Assembly (NCBI GenBank): GCA_017499595.2
Contig: CM039001.1
Location: forward strand, 3,348,001-3,412,000
DNA: 64,000 nucleotides
Direction: 5' to 3'
Source of the DNA: Psilocybe cubensis
Taxonomy: Eukaryota
A program made the translations under genes and the position numbers. The notes under the pieces are model-generated. The model ran no database searches. It was not told the origin of the DNA and was given only the letters and a program-made list of their open reading frames with translations. Below are positions 38,420 to 54,015 of this stretch, one piece after another (the first letter of the stretch is position 1; every line of letters begins with the position of its first letter).

Positions 38420-41144
38420 TCACATTCCTTTGAGTTCTTTCATACGTATCCACAAGCCTCCCTATAGAGATACTTCCGATGAGAGCAGCTATACACAGTA
38501 GTTGTAGAATTGAATACCTTGATGTACATGGTTACATGCGCCATGGGAAAGATCTTTTCTGTCCCTTTCAGGTTGTCTCCAAATTTCCACTCAGCGGGAG
38601 GAGGAGTGTTGGCAGATTGATCCAAAGAAAATTCCGTAAATTGTTGTAAGAGGCGAACGAGGTAGAACGTTGCTTCATGATAGGCAAACTTACGTTTTTA
38701 TAAGTAAGGTGAATAGAATAAGGCGAGTCAGAACTCACTTGTTGACCAATACAAATTCTAGGACCGGCATTGAAGGGGCAAAAGATAAATGGATTTGGAG
38801 TGAAGTACTTCTTGAGCCTCTCATCTATGAACCTGTCAGGGTCGAATTTTAAGGCTGTGGGTATATCTAAGTAAGTAACGTTTCATATTGTAAACCGCTT
38901 GAAGCAACGCACCATCTGGACCCCAGAGATCCTCCCTGCGGTGTATGTTGGTTACCGAATACAGTACACTTTACAAGAGTCAGTAAATTAGAATAATGCA
39001 GGAAGTATGTGCAAAAGCATCTACGTCGTATTGGCTGGTACGTAAATCGGCTTTCCTCCAGCTTTTTTAGAGGGCAACACAGTTGCCTTAGTGCTGATTC
39101 TACATGAGAACATTAGCTTTCAGACAACATGGACCATTGTCATAGCTACCTTGAGTCAGCAGGTCTTGAGGGGAAGATATAAATTAGCGTCGGACGATAT
39201 GGTACAGAAAAAGTCATACACAGGGGGGTAGAGCCGGAGAACCTCTGTAGTGGGCGAATGTAAGAATCATACAGTGTCACTAAATGTTACCACAAACCAT
39301 TTAAGAATGCCCTCATGTACTTCATCTCTCGCATCTGGTCGTATGTCGGAGTCTCATTTGCACCCACCTTTTCCAAGATCTCATTACGAAGACGCGTTTC
39401 GATATCTGGATGCTCTGCAAGCATATATACGGCAAAGCTTAGAAGACACATAGTCTTACGTGCAGCATCTGTCAGCGCCGGGGGAGTTGAGGGAATATAA
39501 TCCTACGTACTGTATCACGTCCAGCAAGAAGAAGATTGATGAGCTTTGAAAATCATATCTGTCAGCAAGAGAGTCAAACTGAAGATCTAAGGAGCTTACT
39601 TCATCCTTGATAACTTTGGGATCTAAAATGGAAGATAGCGTATTAGCGCCTGTAGTGGCTAGGCTTGAGTAATATGGCTCCGTTACCTTGAGTATGCTTT
39701 ACCAGATGCGAAATAAATGTTTCCTCCTCTTCTTCGTCCGGGGATTTATCGTTAAGTAACTGCTGCTCTCTTTTGTCTAGGGCTTTTTTCATTAGAGGGT
39801 CTATGAACACGTCCATAGCCTTCCGGAAAGGAAGCACTCTATCACTCATGAGCTCATCCAGTGGCCACGCATCACCCATTCTAATTCGCATGACAGTGTG
39901 ATGTAATCCTTCCATGAACGAATCGGCAAAAATGCTGGCTGGATGATCATGAAGTGATGAATTCTCTTTCGAGGATTCTTGACCAGGGTATGGCATTCCA
40001 GCAGAGAGCGATTCGACACTCCCTCCAAAAAGAAACTCAGCAGCCGAATCAAGAGTAAATCGAGCAATAAGATCCTGTTTGATATAAATGATAGTTAGAT
40101 ATATAGTAGATCGAGCACAGCTAGCTTATCTGATGACCTGAAAGTCAATGGAATATCCTTCAGCCAACCTCTTCTTGGCCATCTGCAGCGATATTGTTGC
40201 ATTACGGTCATAAATGTGGAAATCGCTTATTCGCTCTCGACTGAAGAAAGGCCTAGACATTGCACGGTGAAATCTAAACAGAAGATGTTGAGCAAGTTTG
40301 GCAAGATAACATGAACTCACGCACTTCCACATGTCACCTGTAAGTATGTTGATGTATCAGCAGTTGTGGTTACAGTCGCAATTAAAATCATATACGTACC
40401 GTCTGAGTTGAAAACCCCTGTTCCCAACAATGAATCCAGCTGAGAAATCAAAGTCGGTCCTAATAAACGGTCATTTTTTCTCCAGGCTTGTAAGATGGTC
40501 TGTAGACACGCCTTTGTCAAAGTTATCGAATTGGGTAGCTAGTACTGCCTATCAGTGAAAATGACGTCAAAAAGGTAAAATAAGAATCGTAAATCACTAC
40601 TGATCTCGTACCTTGACATGGTCGGGCTCGAGAGTAGCGATCTTCGATCGGTATCCATTTTGGTCAGCATGAAATTATCCACAATAGCAGCCAGCTTCTT
40701 ACAAATTTGGTACTGAAAAGATTAAACCTGAATGTGTTTCCGTATTTTTTGGACCACTGGAAGTAGATATCGGCTAACATTGAGGAGATAGTCGATTGTT
40801 AGTTGAGTCGACCGATAGCATCTTGAAAAATACGCACCAGGATAACCGCCTTGGAAGGATTCTGCAAACTTGGAGACGACTGAGAGTAGCGGTTCTTGTA
40901 CCTTTGGAACAATGATAGCGCCATGTACAGCAGCCGCTTTGTTATCCGCCCATTCGGAGTAGTAGAGGTTGTAGAAAAAGAGAACCGGTCTTGCTAAAAG
41001 AGACAAGAAAACGATAACTGGGGTAGGCAATGCCGTGTCTGTTTGACGCAGTAGAACCTTGAGCGTGGCATAAGTCACAGCCGAAGGAACTGCGAAATAA
41101 GGTAAAGTTCTCAAAAGGTACGCTAGGCCTGGGGATAAACCCAT
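38420..41144 (-). CDS. Cytochrome P450, CYP63-like, multi-exon; tandem paralogue of the adjacent gene
   Basis: MGLSPG start; [36 protein letters not shown]; heme motif [13 protein letters not shown]; ends [13 protein letters not shown]. Confidence 0.92.
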
Positions 41145-42814
41145 GTTGATCGATGGAGGTGGGCCGGGGTAGTATTGGGTTGTAGCTAGCTGATGGAGAT
41201 TGTTCAAACCGGCCCACGATGCTCACCACTCTTTTTAAAGCCCCAGAGGTCTGCGATCTCACGCCTGTAATACCGTTGTGCATACCCATTGGACAGGAAC
41301 GTTCTCCCAATAGTCTTCGATAGACCAATGAGAAAGTTTCCAAGAGACGTTTTCCTTCGGCTTGACTATCTAGAGCGGGTAGCACCTTTCGGAAAGTAGG
41401 TGTCCTCTGACCTTCTGTGTCTCGTGTGCTGCCTCCACCCCTCCGCTTAAGCTATATGCCAAGTTATGTCTTCTAAAAATATAGAGAGCGACCACCGAAG
41501 ATGACCAGCTGAGCTCTATTAAAAGGCCGATTTAAGCCAATTGTTTTTTGATCTCGTAGTAACAAATGCCCTGTTCGATCGTTGCCAGCATTGGGTTTAC
41601 TGGCAGGGTACCGACTCCTGGAGAATGGGAATACAATAACTTTGGTTACACAAATTTACAAAGTAAACCATCTCTGACACTTCGTTGGATGTATCCGGAA
41701 GACATTCCATACCCAAGACCAAATGCATCGGTCTCGGGCATAAAGATGATGGCCTTAGGTCACTGCAGTCAGGTCATGTTTATTTTCATCCAATGGACGA
41801 CATCGAAAGCCCTAATATTGCACCAGAATGTGTCAAAGTACGTGGGATGCAGTGAGACCTAGTCATCTTGAATGACCGACATCATAATTCTCTTAGCCAG
41901 CAGGACGATAAAGCAACGGGGCGCTATATGGGTACCATCCCTATATTTAGAAGAGGCGAGTACGAGATTTCAACGTAAATAGATTGCCTTCTACCCGAGC
42001 CCTCTGGTAAATTGGGAGTTGGCGGCGGTCTGCTATCATTTTGGTGTGATTTAAATAATTGTGATCCTTTTGATGATCTTCAAGGGCCTACAATCACTTG
42101 ATCATAAACTTGCAACGGAGGTTCTGTACTATCCTCGACTTCTTCAAATAGGTCACCATGGTACGAGATTGTCCTTAAGAAGGTTACCATAAAGTTTCCA
42201 GCTTCAAACCACCGGTTACGGTTGAAGTATGAGGGTTAGTGAACGCCAAGCAGTAGGCCGGACGGACCGCGGATATCAAAATGACTTATAAGGCAGGCAT
42301 CATGCATGGATGGTCGAGTAAGCGCCTGTGTTGCATATATCCGAATTTGAGTCTCAAACAAGACAATTAAAAAGCGAATCCTTGAACTTATAGAAAAAAA
42401 ACGAACTCACCCTAGAGACATTGGAAAGGTAGGACATCCAAACGTCTGAAGCTACTCCGGACAGGGTTTCGCCATTTTTTGCGTGTTCCTCCGTTGGAAA
42501 AGCTTCGAGTTACATGGGAGTGTGTTCAAGTATATAAGAAAAGATGAGCGGCCTTGTCGATAACCCCATACCCCCCAGAGTTTTTTTAACCACCAAATAT
42601 CATGGGCCGCTGCCTCCGCAAAGTCTAACGATATAGTGCTTACTTATCGGCCACACTCAACCCCACAAGCAAGACTGAGTCAAATGACTGCATGTAAATT
42701 GATCCAGATTCGAGAGTCGTACTGACCCGATTTCTTGCGTCTATAAATCCAATGCGGCCGGAGTGCGGCCGTTTAATTATTTGGTACCACACAACACAGT
42801 TAGATTGCAGGCTC

Positions 42815-44799
42815 TTATGTTCGTTTTACCTGGTATTTTTCCCATCCGACTTCTTTGAGTATTTCAACCTTTCCTAGGACCTCCGCTTCCATTGCTTTCA
42901 TGTATTGGTCCATTGCTTCAATGAGGCCTGGGATACCGGCGGACAGGATACGCACAGCAAGAAGTCCTGCGTTCATGCCGTTGTTTATGGCCACTGTAGC
43001 GACGGGTATACCACGCTAGTTTTTATTCAGGAAGATAGTTAGTAAAGAGAACCCAAAATTATTTTAAACTTATCGACGTACAGGCATTTGCACAATGCTA
43101 TGCAAGGAGTCGACACCGTCGAGCGTGCTACCTTTGACAGGGACGCCAATAACGGGTAGCGCAGTCATAGCTGCTACCATCCCTGGCAGATGAGCAGCGC
43201 CGCCGGCTCCCGCAATGATTGTCCGCAGGCCGCGAGTCGATGCCGAGCGAGCATAATCGACGAGTCGATCAGGCGTCCGATGCGCCGAGACAATTGTGAG
43301 CTCGTATGGGATTTTGAATTGGTCGAGAACGCGCGCGGCGGGTAGCATGACTGGTAGATCGGAGTCTGAGCCCATAATGATACCCACTAGTGGGTTAGGG
43401 TCCGAAAATCCAGAGCCTGGAGTAGCGACAATCGGCGCGTAACGATCCACTTCCTCTGAAGTACTTTCAGGTAATGATTCGAGAAGGGGCCGCAGACGGC
43501 TTCTCAGCTGTGCATCCGAGTCGGCTACAATGGTGATATGGCCCATTTTACGTCCCTTTCGGCATTCTGATTTCCCATAGAGATGCACTGAGACACCAGG
43601 GATAGTCAAAGCGACATCTACAGTTTTCTGAATTTCTTGCATTGACGACGAATATCCTATCAGATTCAGCATCGCAGCTGATGGGACTTTAAGTGCTGTG
43701 GAGCCAAGGGGCAACGAGAGAATTGCGCGGAGATGGTTTTCATATTGAGATGTTTCACAGGCTTCAATCGTGTAATGGCCGGAGTTATGAGGTCGAGGGG
43801 CAATTTCATTGATGAAAATCTTTCCTAAAGAATTGTCACGTCATCAGGGTTAAGAGGACGGCGAGCAAAACAAAACTAACGCACCATCTTCCATCAAGAA
43901 CATTTCAACACCAAAGACACCAGCGCCGGAGAAAGACTTAACGGCGGTTTCGGCAATGGCTCTTGCTCGTTGTGATAGCGAAGGATCGCGACTGCGAAGC
44001 GGTGCGAAAACAAGATGACAGATGTTGTCCTTGTGAACGGTTTCCACGACGGGGTACGACTGAACTTGCCCATCAACCGCTCTTACTACCATGACCGCAA
44101 TTTCCTGTTTGAAAGGAACCCATCTTTCAGCGTATAAGGGCCGGTTATTGAGGAAAGTGATTGCTTCTTGCGCCTGTCCAAGCTCCCGGAGGACAAAGTT
44201 GCCACGTCCGTCGTATGCCAACGTACGGCTTTTCAGCATCAGGGGTAGCCCTAGCTTTCCTGCGACATCGGAGATGGATTCTACGGACGACTCTACAGCC
44301 ACGAAATCTGATATTGGGAGGCCATGCGAAGATAGATGGACCTTTTGTCGATATTTATCTTGAATGATTTCAACAGTCGAAGGGTGGGGATGGACAACCA
44401 GTTCCTTATGCTGAAAGGCGGACTGAACTTCTTGGAGCGTTGCCGTATTTACGTGTTCAATCTCTATTGTAAGAATATCCACTTTGTTGGCTAATTCGCG
44501 TATTTTTTCTGGGTTAGCAAAGGATCCGTCGACATGGGACAGATGAAGTGCGGTAGGCGCAACGATACGTTTAGCGGGTCCGTGATGTCCATCGTCCAGA
44601 ATAACAACATTCACATTCAAAAGTGAAGCAGATGCTGCCAGCATTCGACCAAGCTGGCCTCCCCCTATTGAAAATGTTGGTTCTCACATAACCTCAAACG
44701 ATGAAATCCTGGATAAATGATCGCTATTCAGTACGAATTGACTAGAAAAACACAAGTGGACTCACGCGCACCAAGTATTCCAACTACCTTGTCAGACAT
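42815..44799 (-). CDS. ADE2: Phosphoribosylaminoimidazole carboxylase, copy B
   Basis: Same sequence and ORFs as 774-2758. Confidence 0.96.
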
Positions 44800-46608
44800 T
44801 ATCGGTTCGAGATGGTGATTAAAAGAGAGATAGCAAATTTTTGTGGCATTCGTCCATCTAACCCTGATCTAAGGTCACAATTATTTTTAAATTATTAACC
44901 CGAAGTGTTGCCGAATCCGAACCTTTACCTTCGTTCAACGTCATTCATACTGTAGCATATATTTAATGTCCATAGAGAAGAAAGATGGAACTGAAAGGAA
45001 AAGTATCCGTTGAAAGAATGGCCTGGTATGATTGCAACATTTACTTTGCTTGACGTCATCACTGATGTTGAAAACCACTGCTCAGCCTAAAATTGCCTGG
45101 AGGCTAACACCAATGGGAGTCTTCCCAAAGCCCTAGGGCACACCCTTGCTCAAAAGCTTCCTAGAACTCCTTGCTTCCTAGAACTCCTTGAAGGCTCTTA
45201 ATTGACTCTCCTTGGCACTCTTGCCGCATCTTGTTCTCGTTCATTCACCGTTTCTACTGGCAGTGGAAATATAAGAAGGAAGGGAAGCAATCACTTCATA
45301 CCGCGAATTCTCAGGTATACGTCCCAGATCAAAATCTCTCCCTTTTCGGAGAACCTGGACATATTTGCAGTAACAACACCTAAAATGGCTCACAAAATCG
45401 TCTCGCGTGTGTTAATTTTCCGTTTTTCGAGAACTAGAGCCCGGAGGAGGGAGATAAAGCAAAAGAGAACGAGACACTAGAGCCTCCCGATACGAGGTCT
45501 GCTGGTACATAACGGTAATGAATCAACAACCCGATTTTCAGTCAAAAATGATGCTTCGCTTGCGGGACATACATGTTCTAGTTCTTTGTGGATGATTTTA
45601 CCGCTGAGAGCCGCTGAGGATGTTGCAGAACTCTTCGTGGCCTGCTAATCCGGATAAATCGGAAAATAAAAGGTCAAGGGGTATCCGAACATCTCAACCA
45701 ATTGCTCATCGGCGATGTCGAAGCCCAACGTTGGCAGTCAGGCCGATTCTCCATGTGCAAGAGTAAATTTTCTATCTCCACACCAAAGAAGCGACCGGTT
45801 TTCAAGCCTATGAAGTAAATGCTAATTCAACACAAACCGACGTATACGAGTTCTTACGTGCTCCGATCGTACCTCATGTTGTGTAGACTAAGAAAAAGCC
45901 AATTGTTACTGGCTATGAACACACGCCGGTGATATACGAAATTCAAAGGAACCTACTGACCACGCATATGATCTCTGGGCATTAAACGGGTAGACATCTC
46001 CTACTATTCCTATACAGCCTGTAATACCTTAAAGGATACCCGCCTTAAACTCAGCAAGATAGATTTTCCTTCTTCCGAATCCGTTGATAATTATCGCGAA
46101 TGGCCGGAATCCTCGCAGTGAACATCAGTGAACATTTTCCGAGGAAAATTTACTGTTTCAACGTGCGCCACCATTTTTTTTAAAAAAGATACCCATGAGC
46201 TAATCGGCATCTTGTTTTAGATTGGATGCCCATTGTATTTCACCCTTGAAGAGGATACACTGTGACGAGGTTTAACGGTGCCGGTTGTGCCCGTGAGTAC
46301 TCATGTCCGAATGTCAGCTACTTGGCAACGTAAACATGATACATTGCGACAATAAGCTACTCTATTCCGTTGACTTCAAATATCACTATGACTTGGACTC
46401 ATGAGTGTCTTTTAAGTTGTCACCCAGCCCCTGAACGATGACGATGACGCGCGCTTGGTGTGCTAAAAGTCACGTCAAAATCATAAATCACGTGAACATT
46501 AATATAATTTGAATTTCAGACTCCGAAAAATCAATCAGCGTTAGTATGCGATAACGAGTCTTCGTCGTCTCAGAATCCATTCGAACCCTGTTTATTCACT
46601 AGTTCATA

Positions 46609-48552
46609 ATGTCGCATCCCATCGCCTTTACACGTCCAGAGTATGATTGTCAAACGATAGATTCGTCTGGCAGTGCGCAAAACTGGACTTTAGTCAAGGA
46701 GCGACTACGTATTTTAAATTGCGGAAAGGACGCGCACGGATACAGCGAATTTTCTGGATTTGGATGTCCTCCTTTAACCCTTGGGAAGAGCGGCGACATT
46801 TACCTTGATCTTGACCCTGCATCCATCAATTTGTATGGCCGCTATACAGACGAATGGAAACTTTGGCCGGGACCTCATTCCCGTGATGACGTTTTGTTAC
46901 ATCCAATCTACCAAAATCGTTGTCTATGGTGCTCTGAGACGATTGGGTGGCAAGCTCTCAACCGTGTACAACTTCATCAGGGTGAGAATAAAAAGCTGCT
47001 CCCAGTCTATTCTTATCATAACTTCCCCAGATAAGTCTCGACAGATTGTCATCGCCAATTCTGCTACGTATGAAGAACATCAGAAATATGTAAAGAAAAG
47101 ACAAATTCTGGAAACTAATGGTCCAAATCCAAAAAGGTCCAAGACCACAAAGAGCCCAAATCAATCACAGGCCTCCTCGTCTTGCCAACGTATACCAAAA
47201 AATTCTAGTATGTTGTAATTTTATCATATTATACAAACTGAGAGCGATGGTCCCGAATCGAGCTGTATCATCTCATAGCCAACATCTAGGGCCGACGACC
47301 AACTCTCCATCCCGATTTGTTTCAAGTGGCGGTCAACTCACCACCGCATCTGTCCGAGTACACATGGCATTTGGTTCTCAAGTCATTGCGAACACATCTG
47401 CCGGGCTCCGAAGTCCTATAGCGGAGGGAAACGGCATGGGAACCGGAGAAGAACCTAGCAATCTGGTTGCTGACTTTGAAAAACTAAAAGATGTTGCAAA
47501 CACTGCGGTGTATGGGTTACAGATCGCTCAGCAACAAATTGATCGTTTGAAACAAGAAAATGATTTTTTGAGATCAACGCTGGCGCAACTTTCTCAAAAT
47601 GATAGAAGTCGTGTTCATCACACGCCCCGGGTGGAATCGGCCCTGACTAGCTTGGATCGCGGTGAGCTTACTAGTGTGGTTAATTTTGCTTGGAGCAAGG
47701 GTTTGACGCCATCTCGAAACTTGTTTAATAATCCATTGCCTTCAGGAACTGAACGTTTGACTGGACAAACACCGGATGTGAACACCGAAGTTCCACCAAA
47801 CGGTATTTAAAAATCAAAAATTTTCATTTGTATTAATTGATTATTGATTAAGATAATGTGCAGGGATACCAGATGATGCAGACTTCCTTAGCGTTAACTC
47901 TTCAAGAATATCAGGGAATTGGATTCCAAATGACAGCCTAGTCCAAATGCAAACATCAGGCGCCCATGCTGTTGAATCAGACCTAGACCATCCACCAAGC
48001 TCGCTTCGAGTTGCCGATTCCATGCCTATCGATATTGGCTGCACAGCTCAGTCTCAAGCTCTCGTCAACGACAAGGAAGCTGCGGATCTACCAATGCCTC
48101 CGAGTTCCGTGCACTCTCTGCATAGTTATCGAGTAGAGTCGGAAACGGAAGACGCACCTGCCGGTGCCGGTATCGGTAAGGTCTAATCTAAGCGCCATCT
48201 GGAACACGTGTCAGGAACTTAAAATCGTTATCTAAATTACCAGAAGCACCTTTGCAGCTGAAGCTGAAGCTTGAACAGGCACATATGTCCATTCTCTATG
48301 GACAAGTGGATGATTTTATCGCTTGTAGACTTTGCAGGTGAGTCAAAAATAATGACTACGTAAACGGAACACATTTATAACAGTTTGTGTCTTAGAGCGC
48401 AAGGTAGCCCGATTTTCGAAATAAAAGCAGCCACACAAGACTCGAGGAAAGCTATGGAACGACATCTCATTGAAGAGCATCCGGTTGAAGTTGAGACGAT
48501 GTGTTGTCTGAAGTACGATGATCTCCAACAGCTAAAAGACGTGATGCTGTGA
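46609..48552 (+). CDS. Hypothetical protein with putative C-terminal zinc finger, copy B
   Basis: Same as 4568-6511. Confidence 0.6.
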
Positions 48553-51500
48553 TTTTCGTTCTGAAATCATACTTGTCCTCCGAATTGATTCTGATTATTT
48601 TGATGGGTATAAACGTGGATTTTGACCCTTTGAAATGATTGTGGGGCTGTGTATACGTGAGATCTTATCAGTTAGTTTTTTACTTGCGCAATCTGTAAGT
48701 TTTTAATCTTGGTTCCTACAATATACTGTTATCTGTAAGCAGTGGGGTCACTTTGCGAATTGAGAGGATATACAAGTGCACGATCTAAAAATACAGTGTC
48801 GGGGTGTAAGTCGATAACTCCTCTATGTCGATGGTAGAATGGCCTCAAGCACAATGATATGATTTCTTCAAATGTATCTGTACTCTGCTCGGGATGGCCA
48901 AGAGAAAATCTTGTGGTCGCAAAATTCACGATATCAGAATATTTCTATTTTAATTCTATAACAAATGGATCTGGCCAAGATTCCCATCTATCATATTCGC
49001 AAACTCGGCCAGATGACCTTGAAGGTGGACGGCCACGATATGTCACCACATATCGGTCCGATTCGCGCGGGCAACACACCTTGTCGTCGTTTCCTAAATG
49101 TTGAAGTCCGAATGAGGAGGGATTGCTTCATTAGGAACAAAAGGCCTCAAAGCAGTATAGCGACTATGATGTTATCGTCGGTGGATTAAATGGCTTTAGA
49201 TGTCCACCGTTGAGTCGGTTTTGATAAGTTTCCATTGTCGGAACATCTTTTTTTCAATACTCCAAGTAGGTATCTTTGGAGATATACTCTTACAGGGTGC
49301 TAACTTTTGCACCCCATGCCGTGCTTCTGTAAATGCTTGAATTCTTAATGACAAAAGTAACGGTAGCTAGTTTACAAACCTGTGTATTGAGTTGATGTTT
49401 AACAGGAAACGTACCATACAGTTCAGACGGAATATACAGTGGACGGGGATCAAATGTCGGACATTGTAGAAATCTTTAGGTGTTAAATGACGGCTAATAC
49501 GAAGATGATAGGTGTCAACATAGAGTTACAGCAAGATATATACATTTTCCTTGTCATAGTTCAATTGTATTTCTTACCTTCAGTTATCAACTACTTGCAC
49601 AGCCATTTTGTAAATGTTATACCCAAGCACAGATGCCAGACCCTCTTCGCAAGCGATTTTTTGTTCGGGACAGCTCTCTTAATCGGTATGGCCTACGGAG
49701 GGCACGAAAAATATTCCCAGCTTTATAAATGCCCGTTTAGTTAGAAATTAATTGCATACAGCCTGTCTGAAAGGCTCAAGCGCCCATTAATATGCTTAGG
49801 CCCAGAACTGGGCGCCAAAAGTAGTTTTATTCATTAAAAATGTGGAATATCACAAGTAAGTTTGAAAGCTAATCCATAAAGATGGGAAACTATGAGAGGT
49901 TACAGGTTACCTTTAGTCATTTTCTGTCGCTGCGGTTAGCTTCAATCCTACACAATTTTGAAGATGACAACGGGTCATCGACAGATATTGTGACATAGCA
50001 TCAATTACAGATTTACGATAAAACGGACAACAACTAGGGCGACTACCGGAGATATACCTTGAGAACTATTGGAAGAAAAACAGGACTGCGTAGCAATCTC
50101 TCAGACGCACAGTTCTGTCATCATCCAACGCTCGCGAATAACAAGGGCATATTCCCACGTAAGCCGTGCACTTGGACATTGTGGTATGTTTTGTCTCTAA
50201 AAGCACCGTAGTAATCGCTACATTCACTGAAAGGTTAGACAACTATCGTATGGGCGAATATGTACCGACCAATTTGACAGCCGATACCAACTTCATGGAG
50301 CTTACTGCTTAGAATAGTTTAGTACCTCAGTGGGTTTATCTCTGTTATCAAGACGCTTTCAAGCAAGTTCTCTGTTAGCTGTCCAGTGTATTTACTAATT
50401 GGCGGCGGCAGAACATGCCCTGTCAGCAAAAAGATGAGAAGTAGTCTGGGAGCCATTCCATACACCTTGCTCTCCAAACACGAAACAACTGCATACCCAT
50501 ATCATTTGGCATGACTATGACAGAGGAGGCTCTAGACCGAGTCGTGTTCTGGTGTCGAGATTGAAACTAGCGCCACCGCTACAACGACGACTCATTGTAA
50601 AGAATGCTCACTTCAGATATGATAAAGACAATTCATAGATCTAATAGTAGGTAGATACTAGATAAAGAACGAACCAGCTTATTTCAACATGGTTTGCTAT
50701 TCATATCACTCAGGTTGGCTTGAACATGGTAGAAATATTTAATTTATTACTGACACACGGGGCACTGAACTGTGTTTTCTGTAGTCCAGTTTAATTGGTA
50801 TTTAATTCTGAAAAATTCTGGAGTGCGCTGTTTGCTTAAGCAGATTGAATTGCTAAGCGCTTGCCGGTGGCCGCGGAAGCACAGATGTAACGCTCTGGCG
50901 GTCATCGATCGGAGAAGGTAAGAAAACGGCAAGCAACGGCACCGCATGGCACAACAATTGGATCGAGATTGCGGCATCCAGAATTTGAAAAACCCCTGGT
51001 ACCTCATATGATACCAGCGTGATCGTGCAGACTTGTACATACTGGCATTGGCAAGGACGATAGATTCAGAGAGCCGGGGATGAAACCGAATAATGGTGAG
51101 GACTTCCGACACTAACATGAATCGGTTATCCGCCATGACCTACGGGTACATACTGCTATTGAATATTCAGCAAAGAAATGATACATACATATCTCAGTGC
51201 GCTTCCCCTTCCTCCCACACTTGGGAACTAGAGATATAGATCAGCTATGGTGGATCACTAGAGTGGTCCACTCACAGCCTAGAAGACCAAACTAGCCTAG
51301 TAGCCTACCTACCTAACCTCGCCGGACATATTGTATGATATTGGGCATTAGTCAAGCTTCAACGTTCAAAACCAACTATTACTTCAAATTCTACATTTTA
51401 TGAGAGGATTCACGAAGCTTCGGTGATACACCAAAAAGTGAGACTATTACCACGAAGCGTACTCCTTTGTCATGATTTAATTTGTAGTAATGACCAGAAA

Positions 51501-52597
51501 TATTATGATGACCCTTGGGCGACCCTGGCTAATAATGATGTTTTGATAGAGTCGGTGATTTACAATATAGAATGCAATGTGATCACCCAGTCCGCTGAAT
51601 AAAAAGCCTAATTTCTGATGTCAATTGTTATCATGATGCAGCATGATGGCAAAGAAAGGCTATCATTGTTAATCGCTTTAGTGGAGTAGCCAACGAGTGT
51701 CAACTTGAAAAAGAGAATCCTTCAGTAAAGTTTACCGTGCCAGTGAGTTGTGTTTTACCTCGAACTTCTATCTTCAACGGCAGTTTCATGATTTGGGATG
51801 TGTATGTAATAATGGTTGATAAATTGAGGTTTTCGCGTAAGAGGTAACACTAGCATCGCGATATCCAATGAGCGTCTCAGGAATCAGGATCCTTCGATTT
51901 GACACTTGTTTCCCGACATCGAATATGTATTATTATTCAAGCTGTAAAAATCGTCTCGAATAGACAAGAGGCTTTTAAGCGATGTGCATCTAAACACTGC
52001 AAGAATGGGGCATGAATTCATTGAATACCGTATTATGGGCAACTATCGAGCTGTCACATGGTCCTTATTCGATTCAGTCACCAATTGGCTTTGAGGCGCT
52101 AGCGAAAAAAATGATCAAAACGTGTTTAAACCTATAAAGAAGGTTTATCCCGACTCAAGGGACCAGCCAATGGTTACCCCACACCGCTCAGTTGGCTGTT
52201 GACATCGCTATCCGGGAGAATCCGCAGACCTTGTCCAAAACGTAGCACCCATTGACTATACACACAATACGTAAGTTAAGAAGGCTGTTCTCTCGCTTCT
52301 TCGTATTTCCAGTGGGTGGTATTACATTCGTTGCTGTGGCTGCAGGGCAAAAATTCAAGCGATTTTTAAATCAAATAAATGGATAGTACAAGTGGAAGGG
52401 TCAGACGACGTTGTTCGCGATAAACAATAAAGGCGCGCTACAGTGGGTCTGGGTCCAATTTGAATTATTTGACGGAAAACTTTCAGGGCAGTGCCAAAGG
52501 CGCATCTGAGAGGTTATGGCGCGCTAAATAAGCCAGAAGTTATAAGCGAGTACTTTGAACAATTGTTTGAATGTGATAATACCTTACGCCACCATAT

Positions 52598-54015
52598 TCA
52601 CCAGTCGGAGAAACCCTGAAATTTACCATCCCAGCTCCACCATATCATTTCATCATCTTCCAGATCGAGGCCAGTAGACGACACTGATAATGACTCTCGA
52701 AGAAATGCTGAGGGCTGTATACCTTGACGAGTCGTGATCCAGACCCCTTCTACTTTGGTCTTCTTGGTATGTTTAGGACGATTGATGGATTGGTTTTCAG
52801 CAGTCTGCAATCCGGAGTTGTTGAGAAAATCGTGTAAAGATGTATCAAGTGAATTGGAGACATTTTGCTGAGGAAGCCAAGCAGGATGACTAAACCGCCT
52901 AGGTGCGCGAATAAGAACGTGTGTTTGAGTTGGGGCTAGAAAATATAGTCAATAAAATGATGACTGTCAAGTAAGAAACGATAAAGATACCATACCCAGT
53001 TCAGAACTTATCCCACATCCTTCCGCATCCGCTGCTGCAAGGGTACGAGAAAGAAGACGTTCGGCTTTCTGTAAAAATTGTAATTCTTCCGCGCGAGATA
53101 CATAGAGTGGAGGTGGCGGATCTTCTCCGATAGATTTATCGCCGTTTTCCTCTTCTTCGCTTTCGCTTTCGCTTTCTTCTTCGCTACTGGTTTCTTCACT
53201 ATCGTCATCCTCACTGTCCTCGGGTATGTCGTCGCTTTCATCATTATCTTCAACACTGTCGCCTTCATCTGATTTATCAGCTTGGACATCTTCTCTTTCA
53301 TCCTCGGCAATTTCGGCGTGATCCCGGGAGATTGTTCGTTCGTCCCTAACGCCCCAGATACTTTGTTCTAACCCATCAATCCCAAGAAATAATCTAGATT
53401 TTGCTGTTGTTACGCTCGGCCCCACGAGAATGGCCAAATGAACTTGTGCCAACTTGGAATTCTGGCCAGCACATCGCGCAAGTGCCGTAGATAATGCAGA
53501 GAAGGTGGTATCAAGATGGGATGATATAGTGTCGTATGAGGCCAGTAATTCGGTACGTTGCTTGGCTGCGCGTGTGTTCATCTAGAAACCAAGTCAAGGA
53601 AGGTAGTAATATCATATTGGAGATTAACAGACCTTGCCACCCGGAAGCCTTCCTAATTGCATCACAGGACTAAAAAAGAGAAATCGTTTTATCAATGAAG
53701 AGAAATTGTGAAAATAAGTCTTGAAGCTTACAACGGGACCTGATTCTTCAGGAAGAGTACGTGTCCTAACAAACTTGTAGCCAATCTCCCAGCAGTGGCA
53801 TCGTTGATTTTTTCAACTTCCAACTTCACTAGAGGGTAGCTTGAGGACTTTATAGACTCCAACTCTCCCGTATCAATGAGAATACTTTTCTCTGGCACTG
53901 GGCACGCTGTTATAGCTGGAACTTCCTGAGCATCGCTCGTCTTGCATTCGTTGACCGTAATTGATGATTCCACAGTGCCCGTAGAAGGGCCGCTCTTTGG
54001 TGTAAGATAAGGCAT
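52598..54015 (-). CDS. p31comet/MAD2L1BP-like hypothetical protein, copy B
   Basis: Same as 10557-11974. Confidence 0.7.
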